This document shows positions 46,692-57,700 of a DNA stretch of 64,000 bases, one piece after another. The position numbers were made by a program, and so were the translations under genes. The stretch comes from Neophaeotheca triangularis (Eukaryota). The notes under the pieces were generated by a model, which did not search any database, had not been told where the DNA came from, and saw only the letters and a list, made by a program, of their open reading frames with translations. Each line of letters starts with the position of its first letter. Positions within the stretch are counted from its first letter, which is position 1. Where the stretch lies: the NCBI GenBank assembly GCA_054600435.1, contig BAAIJX010000023.1:124001-188000 (forward strand). The letters are read 5' to 3'.

Positions 46692-48237
46692 TATTCACAA
46701 GAGGAGGGAAGTTGGTCTACGTAATATACACTTCCGTGTAAGCAAATAACCACTGTTTGCTGGTTTACGGCTTGAATGACAGGGTACCAGCGCCTACAAA
46801 ATGCACGCCGTGGCCCAGCAGGAGTTAAGGAGGTCATCTCGCAACTTGCATGCAGTGTCCCGTTGAAAGCTTCGGGTGTTGGGGTTTCAGACGTGGGGTT
46901 TCAGAAATACCTCTCGCTACCTCCTAGGCCACCCACGTCGGTATTCCACAGGTAAGGCATCAAACAAAAGCATCGTGCCGTTGATTACGGGGCTCACACT
47001 TGCAGATATTGCTGCCCAAATGATGCGAAGGACCATTCAAGTAAGGTTACGGGAAACCCACATCGTGCTTGCGGAAGTCACTAGCGGTCAAGCTACCACA
47101 ACTGCTAATCGCAACGTCATTGCTACCTTAGGTTGTCACCTGGCACCTTTCTTTGAAGCTTGCTACATCGCAAACACTACCGGCCACAGCGATATCGATT
47201 TCAAGAAGGGATAAATGCAAGACTAGAACTCCTTCGATACGCGAAGCACCCGACATAATTCGACGATGCTGCGGCCTGCTGTGCCCTGGCATCTGGATTG
47301 GGCGAGTACTGGCGCTGATTTGAGGCTATGCTCCTTGATTTGATGAAAGCTCCAAATGTTAGGGACGGTGCGTCGAAATTTTGGTAAGGCTACTCACATA
47401 TTCACTGGTGCTGTATTGCTGCGAGCTTCCGCGACACCCAATGCTTGGTTGTAACCTTGGTTTGGCAGGGGGGTGCTATTTGACGACATGGCTGGCCAGA
47501 ATTATCGTAGCTCATTCTTGAGCACCGGTGCTCATTGTCCGGACTTGCGAGTATGTCCGTGATTTCTAGAGCGCGATGCTTGTACTTATAGGTGGCACAG
47601 TATGAGCTTCGAGCAGCCCTCCCGGCATCTACTCGATCCAGCAGACGTGTTTGTCAGCTGCTCAAGTTGCGAATTACGACAGCGCACACTCTGGCTCCTG
47701 GAGCATGTGAGTGTACTTCTACATGTTGAGCGTTCGATGCACATGCAAGTTACCAGGTTGCCTTCCAATAAGTGGCGTATGTATGCGACTGGATCACATG
47801 GCCGATCGGTGACGGCTTTCCGCGCATTTGGCGACCTTCGAAGCTGGCGCTAAGCGAGATACTCGTGTTTGTAAATTGATTAGATACAACACAGGTTTCT
47901 TGCCGACGGGAAAGATGGAAAGCAAAAGGAGCGGAGCAAGAAGGCAATGCAAGTCTACTTGCTTGGATGAGTGGGTACCGGTCGTGAAAATCCCTTGCCG
48001 TCCAAAACGGAATCTGACATTATTGCCCGCTAACAAGTATCGGCCTTCGCATTTCTTGCTGGTAGTGAGTGGCACTGTTCTGCGCTGCACGGACCTAGCT
48101 TGCATGGTCCAGTGACGATCCTACCGGTGAAGCATCGTTATTCAACAACTCTCGCCACGAAATAGCTAGCTCACCAACCGAAATCATTTACGGATACTTT
48201 GTCACTTCACGACAGTGGGGATGACTTCACTTTCTCA

Positions 48238-49401
48238 ATGGCGGAAACTCAGCCAACGGAGAAACCCTTCATTTTGGATCAAGATCGTCTGGCAGACATT
48301 GCAGCAGCATTCCATGCCCACGGAAAGCTCATTGAATTACATGATGAATTACTGCTCGCTCGCTACGATGCGACTGCTCGAACGGACGACTCGCGGACCA
48401 AATTGCAGCATGTTAGTGAATCGATTCAAGCTATCGCCTCAAGATTTGCGCTTCGGTCCCAAGAAGGGCTCGAAATAATGCCAGATCTGTCTTTTGACTC
48501 ACTGCATAGCCAGATGCAAGACGATCAGGCCGCCTTCACGAAGTGCGTAGAGGCGGCTATGCTGCAAGAAAAGCGCGTCAAGACTTTGGAGCACAGTTGT
48601 CTAGCAATGCATAGACAGCTCAACGCTGCTCTTCAAGCTTTCTTACGAGACGTTCCCGGGATCCCAACGGCTGTCGCATTTCCCCCCCTTCGCAAAGTCG
48701 TCGATAATCGGGTACCAAGCCCGTCATTGGGTGTCCCGTCTGAAGCCCAGGACTACTTCGAGAAGGTCGGAGCACTCCACTTGCTGGAGCGAGAATGGCA
48801 AAACCTGGAGCTTGACCACCGAATCGATTTCGGAAACCGCCAGCATGCACGAGACCAAGACCGTGAGCTTTCCACCACCGATACCGAGTTTGAAGAGCAA
48901 TATCATTCGAACCGTGCAGAGCTAGCTGAAAAGATCCAAAGTACCAAAGACGAAGCAGCAGCGTTGCATTCGATCTGCAATCAGCTTCATCTGGACCTAG
49001 TGCGTCTGCAATTTCGTCAGCCGCCTGACTCTCCGGGAGAGCATAGGCTGTATCCCTCGGCGTCTGATTCACTAGATGAACATCACATGGAGGAAGACAT
49101 CGCCGACGAGCCCCCGGAACACCCTTTTCCGCTCATCAGTAAAACAGTTGAGAATTGGTTGAATTTGACCAATGTCTCGCCCCCTGTTGAGAAATTTACA
49201 CACGATGAGGTGAAATGGGGCAGCCCTGACTCAACAGAGCACTACAAGGGTGCAGGGTCTGGAATGGATCAAGAAAGGATCCTCATGACAATTAAGTCTT
49301 CCACTGATTTACCAAAGGTGCTAGAACAGAAGTCGGAGGAGGCTACAAGATCTACCATTCGTAGTGAAACGGATCGTAGCTCGATATCTGCAGATGTATG
49401 A
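48238..49401 (+). CDS. Unnamed coiled-coil protein, paralog 2
   Basis: Intronless ORF; VPSEAQDYFEKVG..DH..NRQHARDQDRE..TDTEF..ICNQLHLDL..VENWL. Confidence 0.78.
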   Translation: MAETQPTEKPFILDQDRLADIAAAFHAHGKLIELHDELLLARYDATARTDDSRTKLQHVSESIQAIASRFALRSQEGLEIMPDLSFDSLHSQMQDDQAAFTKCVEAAMLQEKRVKTLEHSCLAMHRQLNAALQAFLRDVPGIPTAVAFPPLRKVVDNRVPSPSLGVPSEAQDYFEKVGALHLLEREWQNLELDHRIDFGNRQHARDQDRELSTTDTEFEEQYHSNRAELAEKIQSTKDEAAALHSICNQLHLDLVRLQFRQPPDSPGEHRLYPSASDSLDEHHMEEDIADEPPEHPFPLISKTVENWLNLTNVSPPVEKFTHDEVKWGSPDSTEHYKGAGSGMDQERILMTIKSSTDLPKVLEQKSEEATRSTIRSETDRSSISADV

Positions 49402-49670
49402 GTACGAGAACCTCACGGCGATGGAGCTGATCGAGAAATATCTTAACAACATCCTTCGACCAGGTTTGTGATGCTTGTTCGTATGACAAAAAGTGGCAGG
49501 AATGAGATGGTAGTTGGAATCGGGCTTCGGATTTAAAGGTCACAGAAGCTGGTGTTGATTCTCTAAAGAAATCGAAATAGGAAAGGTCGTTACTATAGGC
49601 TCAATCATTATTCTCTCGTATTATCCGCTCATTCTCCTGGCTCTGGCACCGAACATACGAAAGCCCGTAA
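49391..49670 (+). repeat. Direct repeat copy 2 (with ~155-165 nt internal deletion relative to copy 1)
   Basis: cagatgtatgagtacgagaacctcacggcgatggag..aacaacatccttcgacc, then gatgcttgttc..tactataggctcaatca..atacgaaagcccgtaa. Confidence 0.9.
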
Positions 49671-50005
49671 CATCCCCTGAAACAGTACTGTTGCGTCAAA
49701 AAATTCGTGTCAGCCCGATGCGTAGGTAGAGAGCTAGCGCAACTCCAACGGGCCATCACGGCTCAGAAAGCTGCACGCATAGCCACCCTCGATCCTGTCA
49801 TCAAAGAGCACACCTCAAAGTCGTTGCAATCCGTCGTCTTATGTCTGTCGCTGACCCAAACCCGAGCCACAAGCTCCGGTTCTGGCCTCGTTGTGAAGTA
49901 TTCGGGAGGATCTAACAAGATACTGCGTCATATCCAGTCTAGCCTTGTCGAACTGTCGATGTCGGATGACCATATATTTATAAGTATGTTTGCTACGCTA
50001 GCTCT

Positions 50006-52054
50006 TCACTCGTCGTCACTGTTGTAGTCGTGAGTCTTTCGGGGTCGTGCAGTTCGTCCAGCAGTGCGCTGTTGCGCAGCGTGTTGCGAAGTACGCCTTT
50101 GTCCAAAGCCATCTTGCGTAGAACCTGACGTTTTCTGACCACTGCTGGAGGCTTGCGCATATCCCGCCAGCGGCAGTGAGCTGGCATAGCTCGGAGGCGT
50201 TGCGCTATAGCTGCCCGAAGCCTGGGCTGCACTCCCGTGTCCAGATGAGTAGACGTGATTGCCGCGATTGATAGAGATTGGTTGTGTTTGGAGTGGTTGT
50301 GTCTGGCTGTATCCCCTGTGAGCGTAAGATACAGGCTGCTGCTGAGCGCCTTGAGAAGCTTGTCCGTCCATGCGCCGTGATGACGAGCTTGCTTGCGACG
50401 TTTGTGTCTGCTGTGTACGTTGCACAGCAGGGTTCGAGGAGCTTCCTATTCAATCTCACCAGTCAGCAGTTTTTTTTTTGGGCTTGACGAAGATGCGGCT
50501 CTAGATATATAACACACCTGCTTGGGGCATAGAGCTTCCCGCCTGACGGGGATCAACCTGTTGCGGGAGCGACCGAGGAACCGTTGACGACGCTGTCACA
50601 ACAGAGGCGGCACTATCGGCACGGTCGTGGCTGTCCGTGTTTGCTGGTTGGTCTCTGGAGCTCGCTTGAATCGTTGGCTGTGACGAAAAGGCAATGCCTA
50701 ATCCTTCTTGCCAGACTTCCTGGAACTGCGTGATTAGATGGGTGATCGAGTCGGGGTTCACAAGACCACAATCCTTCACTTTGACGTTGTGTTCGACCGT
50801 GGTCACCTTGGCAAAGTTGACACGAGAGACTGCGTGGAGAAGCTCATCCCGCCTGAAAGGGTCTACCTTAATCGGAAATGGCCTCATCCCATCTTCTCCG
50901 GGGCCCGGCGCTTCACCCCGTAGCCGTTGTGGTGGCTGCCTGCTAGTGTGGATGATTGCGTGGTCGGACTTCCTGACACCTCGTTTTCCTACGCCCTGAT
51001 AGTCGTATGTGAAAATAGGGCTGGCCAAATCATTAGTGCTCATGCTTAAGGGCACAGTGAACTTTGAAGGAGTATGGCACTTACATTGCCGAGCATGACT
51101 TTTCGCCTTGCCGGATTGTGACGAAACGACGTATCGTCACATACAATCGCTCTCCGAACCTGGCGTCCCGTGTTACACTCGAAGCGTTGTCAATCAAAGT
51201 GCCGTGAGGCTCGGCATGAAGCATCGCAAAGACCTATCTAGACGTCAGCTTTGTACCATTGAGATGGAGCGGCCTGCACCTACCCTTCCGACTCTGAAGA
51301 AGCTGTTGGGCTCTTTGCGCCTAATGTACGTTTTGATTCCAATTAGCTACTAACCTACCGTCAAGCTCAGGGAATGCGATGCTTCTCAGTACGTACAGTC
51401 ATCCAGCTGTTCATACTCCTTCTCGTCGCGGTCATCTCCCTTGATGCGTTTGTCGGGTCTGACGCCCGACTTGTACGACTGGGGATCGGTAAGATACTGG
51501 GGCGGCCCTTTTTCATAAACTGTTTGAAGCGGCTGTTTGCTGGTGCCGCCGGTCACATAGTATCGGCTGAGACCTGTAAGGGAGTTCTTCTGGCGTACAA
51601 CATTGCCATCGCTTAACTGCTCAATCGGCTGACTTGTCGGTGCCGACGAGGGGGCCGGAGAGGAGCTAATCGTTAATGACTGCATTTTGAGAGGCAGGTT
51701 GGAGCTTCCGCGGGAGGTGGTATATGCTGCAGGGGAAGCGGACGACCCTTCGCCTCCAATCTTACTATTTGTTTGGGACGCATCTTTCCAGACCAGACGC
51801 GGATCAGGTTTCACTTGAGTCCCCGGGCTGAACTCATGGGGCGACCAGTCAGTGTGGTCCCACTCTCGCAGAATAGTCAGGCTCGTTGTTAGAACTCACG
51901 TTGTTGGCCATGTGTCTTTGATGTACTGTGGTGACACTTTATGGCCACTTGGATGAAGTCGAAACACGCCTTCTTGAGGGAGCCATTTGAAGTTCTGCTT
52001 GAGGTGCGGATGGTACCTCCATTCAGGCTCCGTTGGATCCTTGTTGGACGACAT
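50006..52054 (-). CDS. DUF6590-type domain protein, paralog D (6 exons)
   Basis: Introns 51828-51899, ~51322-51391, 51234-51283, 51021-51084, 50446-50517. Motifs FFRVGRVFAMLHAEPHG..TIRRFVTIRQG..CSAIPIFTYDYQGVGK..DHAIIHT..LHAVSRVNFAKVTTVEHNVKVKDCGLV. Gln/Ser/Tyr-rich tail ending DYNSDDE*. Confidence 0.8.
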
Positions 52055-52976
52055 ATTCGGAGCAGCACCGACCTTGAGAAGCCATGGATTCAAGGGTCAT
52101 CGCTGCAGCGACTGCACTTAAGTAAAATCAGGAAGCTCACATCACCAGGACGTATTTACCTCTTCACCGGTCTGGAAGCTGCTGTCACCCACACTCAAGC
52201 AGCTTCGCTCAATCTGCGCAGCTGAGATATGCTCACCTGATCTTTCGGCATTGCCGTACAACCGCGCAAGGCTGCGTCAATGTACCAAGAACGTCGGCTG
52301 GCTTATTGGAGAGCAGAGGCACACGTCAAGCTACAGTATGACATGGATTAACAGATTCCCTTCGAGTCTTGATGTTTTGGTCGGGAATCAATGATGAAGT
52401 GGCACGTAGCTTTTGAGTTCTTGCGGCCCGACGGGGACTACCCCAGACAACCCCACCTTTGTCTTATCTCAACGTCGATAAGGTGCCTCAGCTAAGGTAC
52501 CTAAGGTAGGTAAGTACTATGAGGTGCACCTAGCAAACCACCTGCAGGCTACTACCTAGGTAGTCCACACGATTTACATGAAACTGCGCTCTTACCTACA
52601 GTAGCGAACTTTTGTGTTAGAAGCACGGACCAAAGGTAGACGCGTTAACGGCTGTCGTTGCTTCTAGCGCTAGAATGTTACGGCTGTCATTACTGAGCTC
52701 AAGGCCGCCGAGTCGAGCTTGCTCTCGTCGATGTTTGTTGACACAAAGGTTTCCGCATGATGCGACAACAGTTGCTTTGCCTGTACACTAAATCTTGATG
52801 CGTCCCAACCGTAAGGTGTGTTGCACCGCACGGCTGACACTTTCGCCGTATGGCCGACCATGTCCGCGCGTCGAATTTCCCCTGATCGGAACACCGCAGG
52901 CTCGCAGCGCGTTCGTGGAAGATGGTATTTGGTCTCCCCGGCCTTCTGGACCACAATCTACCGCGATGTGGTCAAT

Positions 52977-54356
52977 ATGTCTACTTCCCTTACACGGTTC
53001 GCTTCTAGCTCATTCCACCCACCGGAAGAACGTGATCCACGCGATGATATTGACCCCACTCTCACTGATCAATACGCCGATTGGACGCATAACACGACCA
53101 ACATTGAACGGGAAAGCGATCACTCAAGCCCAATGGCGGATCAAGAGCAAGGGTTAGACACCATACCACTGTTAGACAGTGGAGGCAAAGCACACCTGGC
53201 ACTCCAAGCTGTGTTCGAAAGCCAGAAGCGAGTTACATCTCTTCGCGAGTCTTTGCTGCATGCCAGGTTGCGAGCCGCGACTGAGATGCAAAAGATGGTT
53301 GAAAAGGCTCGCCATGTGGAAGAGTCAGTCACAGCGATTGTAGCGACGTTCTCGTTGCAGGAAGAGGAGAACATGCGACGAACTCCCCCAAATTCCTTCA
53401 TCTCCATACAGCGCCAACTGCAAACTGACAAGGTGACATTGACTGAGACTGTTCAGGCGGCGGTGGAATGTCAGTCTCGAGTCAGTACGCTGGAGTACGA
53501 AATTGGCCAAGAAGAAGAGCGATTCGATCAAGCCTTCAAGGAGCTTATAGACCACATTCCGAATGGCCGTTCGCTCCATGCTGCTATTCCGGAAGTCAAT
53601 GTCGAAGAAGACCACGCCGCGAATCCGGACAGTAACATCCCCGTCGAAGCGAGACACCTCTTCGCCAAGATTGGCGAACTGCGGCTACTAGAGCAAGAAC
53701 GATTGGACGTCGAAGATGCTCACGCAATCGCCGAAAGTGATCGTCAATTCGCTAGAGACCAAGACCGTGAGCCATCTGAAAGCGATTCTGAGTTCGAAAG
53801 GCTTTACCTCGATCATATGACCTCGTTGCAGCACCGTGTGCACCAAGCAGAAGCACAAGTCGCTTCTTCGAGACTTTTGTGCGAGCCATTGAACCTTGAT
53901 CTGGATACGTTAAGATACACACGACCTCCGCAAGAAGCTTTCGAGCACCCAACACGCTCGCTTTTGCCCGAACATGCCGCTTCACCTAAACAGCAAATTC
54001 CGGGGCAGGTCGAAGGGGACCTCCCGGCCGGGGCCGAAGGGAATATACAGCAGTGGTTAGACACCGTGTCCGAGCAGGACGAGCGGCAAGGCCCACCGTC
54101 AGACCCCGGTTCGGAAGTGAAAATTCTGTCCACAAGCGCAGCGTTGGCAAACGATGTCCAAGCTCTGTATCATGAGCCAGGAATTTGGGCCAGTGATACA
54201 TCTGCAAAGCCTCTTCTACAGACGCCTGAGGTCGACCTGGTTGCAACAACCAAGTCGCTGAATTTGGCCAGTCTGCGGCCTCAGAAGTCACAGTCACACA
54301 TTGTCGACCGACATCGAAGCCCTCTTCCACCTCGAAGGAGTTCGACGGGGGGCTGA
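52977..54356 (+). CDS. Unnamed coiled-coil protein, paralog 3
   Basis: Intronless ORF (ATG 52977, alternative 52860); IPVEARHLFAKIG..AH..DRQFARDQDRE..SDSEF..LCEPLNLDL..IQQWL. Confidence 0.78.
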   Translation: MSTSLTRFASSSFHPPEERDPRDDIDPTLTDQYADWTHNTTNIERESDHSSPMADQEQGLDTIPLLDSGGKAHLALQAVFESQKRVTSLRESLLHARLRAATEMQKMVEKARHVEESVTAIVATFSLQEEENMRRTPPNSFISIQRQLQTDKVTLTETVQAAVECQSRVSTLEYEIGQEEERFDQAFKELIDHIPNGRSLHAAIPEVNVEEDHAANPDSNIPVEARHLFAKIGELRLLEQERLDVEDAHAIAESDRQFARDQDREPSESDSEFERLYLDHMTSLQHRVHQAEAQVASSRLLCEPLNLDLDTLRYTRPPQEAFEHPTRSLLPEHAASPKQQIPGQVEGDLPAGAEGNIQQWLDTVSEQDERQGPPSDPGSEVKILSTSAALANDVQALYHEPGIWASDTSAKPLLQTPEVDLVATTKSLNLASLRPQKSQSHIVDRHRSPLPPRRSSTGG

Positions 54357-54461
54357 TTTCTTTGCTTGAGATTCTGATTGGTGGCTCATATCCATTCTCC
54401 TGCATTATAAGAACCCTATATTGTCACTATGTGCGAGTCCTTGAGGCTTACCAACAGCTAA

Positions 54462-55575
54462 TTACACACGTATCACCACCTTGCCGACATGCGCTCCTGA
54501 CGACAAATGTGAAAAGGCCTCGGCGGCATCCTCGAACTTGAAGACTTGATCGACGAGCGGCTTCAAAGAGACCTTGTGTTTCGCCAAAAACTCGCACAGG
54601 TCTTGCTGATCTTTGGTCGAACCGACACCGATACCTCTGTGAACGGGTGGTCAGTAACTGGTGATCGGTCAGTGATCGGGGCGGTACTTACTGCATCTTT
54701 GCTTGCTTCTGCATCAATGGAAGGGTTGTGTTCGGCTTTTTGCTGTCATCGAGGAATCCTCCGAGGAATCCGACCAACGAAACAGTACCATCATGGTTGC
54801 ACAACGCGTTAATGTTGGATTGCACGGAGGTCTCTCCCACGTTGTTGATGACGACATCGACCCCGGCGCCATCCGTAAGCTTCTTCACCTCCTCCGCAAT
54901 ATCAGGGGTCGTTCGATAGTTAATTCCTAGAACAGGCCGGTCGCTGGACCCAAGCGCTTTGACTTGCTTCAGTTTCTCATCGGAGGAGGACGTGATGATC
55001 GGGGTAATGCCGGCGGCGATGCATATCAACAACGCAAAGAGACTGACGCCGCCGGTACCCTCGAGAAGCACGTATTCGATCGGTCTGGTCTTGCTCAAGC
55101 GCTCAAGAGCGACCCAGGCGGTCACACCAGCGCAGGAAATGGTCGAGCCTTCTTCATAAGGTAGATGTTCGGGGAGCTTTGTCAGGCACTTTTGATTGTA
55201 GATTGCGTATTCCCTTAGCACGCCGTCCACATCTCCGCCCAGGGCATCATTGTAAGCTGCTAGTTTTTCGCGGCCGGTGTTGAGGTTGACGTGGAAGCTC
55301 GGAGCGACGTAGTCGCCTTCTTTGTACTGGGAGACGGAGCTTCCGACAGCAACGACTGTAGCTGCAGCATCTGAGCAAGATACTCCCCGTTCGATGACGG
55401 AGATCGGGTATGTGCCCTCTACCATGGCAACGTCTCGGTAGTTCAATGAAACAGCGTGGATCTTGATCAGGACTTCTGATGGCTGGAGGGAATCGGGCAG
55501 CGAGTCCTCGACAGCTTCTATGGATTTGCCATCTTTCGTGCGGCGAAACGCTTTGGTCTTAGTTGGGAGAGCCAT
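54462..55575 (-). CDS. Medium-chain dehydrogenase/reductase (zinc-type alcohol dehydrogenase-like, enoyl-reductase type)
   Basis: EVLIKIHAVSLNYRD, LGGDVDGVLREY, CAGVTAW, LEGTGGVS, ITSSSDEKL. Intron 54637-54691, then GIGVGS..FKFEDAAEAF..GAHVGKVVIRV*. Confidence 0.92.
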
Positions 55576-57700
55576 GTTTTAGGTAGTATTCAATGGGGCT
55601 GGAAATCTTCAGAAGATAGTGTTTGCAGGAGGTATTGTTTGCAGAAGGTAGTGTCGGATTGGGTGCGACGGCGCAATTGATATACCTTTCTCAAGGTCGT
55701 CTGCATAATTAACCTTACAAACAAAGTACGGTTTATGTCACGCAACTCAATGCTTAATTCGTGCATTGGCATGAATTTCCATGGATAATGCATAAATAAT
55801 GAATAAATAATGCACCTAGACTTATAATTCGTCATCCTCAGGGACGGGATCTAGGTAAGGAGGGTCTAGAGCCTAGTTGCGGCTGCTCTCAGCTCAGTGT
55901 TTACCATCTCCAAACCTATTACCTTGCCGGGTATATTGCTAATCATGTTGACTGAACGAGGGAGAATGCGGTCGCAGGAGATGTTTCTAAACTCTACGAC
56001 TCGTACGACCTCTAAGGTACTCCTCTAGCCTCCTTTGTCTACTGTACGAGGCGCCTCTCCTATATGAAACGCCTGGGACACTTCGGCTACGCATCTGAGC
56101 GCTCAACCTACTGTCCCCGGTATGCTTAAGACTGTGGCATCACTCTTCCTAGGTATAAATCCCTCGCGCCAGACACTACGGGCATCCTAGCTGAACGCTC
56201 ATAGTGCAAGAAGATTAAATAATCTAAACCGCTGGGAACTAGGAGACTACTAATACAGAGCGTTAGCGAGTACACGGCCATTTTAATCGCAGACTGGAAC
56301 TACACTGGGTCTGCGAGCTTTCAGAACGAGTAGTGCATGCCGGCTGTCTGGATACTTCGCACGCGAGACGGTTATACGATTGAGGCGCCAGGTCCCTAAG
56401 GGATGTCCCGTCATGAGAGATTTCTTTGCCTCCCGGCGATTATACGAACGTAAAATCACTTCGTCTTGGGCAATCACATAATAGTAAGCGGCTTGTGCTG
56501 GCCACGCCGGTGCTCGCGGTGGCTACGCTTCCAGAACGTATTCCCGCCGGGAGCATTTTCATGATCTTGGTGCCGACTTTCATACGGGGGGACGGTGTCC
56601 TCGGCGTATCTTGCAAGTTGAGAAGACCTCGCATGTACTAAAGTACATTGTAGAAAGCAGTTTGCGCTGTCGACTCGGGTCTTTAGGGAAGTCAGGTCTA
56701 CAGACGATGTACATGCCGGGGGTCATGGGCCACAGGCCTCTTCGTGATTCCTCCCAAGCAGAACCCCATGCCCCTGGCGGCTCTCGAGTAACACAGAGGC
56801 TACCTTGGTCAATGTAGGCAGTGCGGATGCACCTCGGGGGCGTGTCGGTATACTTGAGCAAACCTCCTCGAGATACATTTCACGGGACAAGAGCGCTGGC
56901 TTTGGCGAGCCACGGACGGCGCTGTGATGAGGCGGTCCATTGCGTGAATTGCTTGATCTCAAGGCAAGATAGTTCCATTTAGGTCACCCCCCTCACACCA
57001 CAATATTTTACTCCTCCCTGAGCTGAATGCGTCTATCATGTCTTCACGATGCAACTTGAGGGAGATACTTCTGATGCCAATTGCTCCCGTGGCATTTGGG
57101 GGCTGCGTTACTATCATACCTATGCTAAGCAGTCTGGATGCAAGTATGGCTTATCAGTTGCTAGGTCAAAGCCGTAGAACAGAGCATGAGTCGCCCGCTC
57201 CAAGATTTCCACCAATTTACAGTAGCCACTGTATCAAACTCGAAAAGGCAGCTCCTCTAGGCTCCCAGGCGCACCCAGGGGACGATGCATCACCATTCTC
57301 ATCGACAGCTACTCTCCGCCCGAGAAAGGAGTCGTGGAGTCGGCTTGTTGATGCCTAGGAGCTACCGCTCTCCCGTTTTGATCCTTATTTCAGCTCGCTC
57401 TGCAGTTGCACCGCTCAGAGGATGCTACTGATGCCTTAATTCTTGTCCTTTCCAACATACCATTTCTCTTTGGTGCCTTCGGGACAAGGCACCACGTGGA
57501 GGCTGATGGCGACCGAAGCTTGCTCGAAGTGCGATTTGAGCCGCTCGAATCTCTCAACAAGCTCTACTCCCCCTCGCATTGCAACATCTTTCATCCCGTC
57601 GGACGGCATCAATTCAATCGCCACTACCTTGAAAAGGTTGTCCTTGCTGCTGCCCCCAAGGTGATGTAGCCAATTCTCAAGCCGGCGAGTGAATCCCAAG

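Noticed and set aside
55600..57000. AT-rich tract followed by short ORFs with scattered stops, possible TE or pseudogene relic
   Set aside because: No recognisable protein motif or terminal repeats found by eye.
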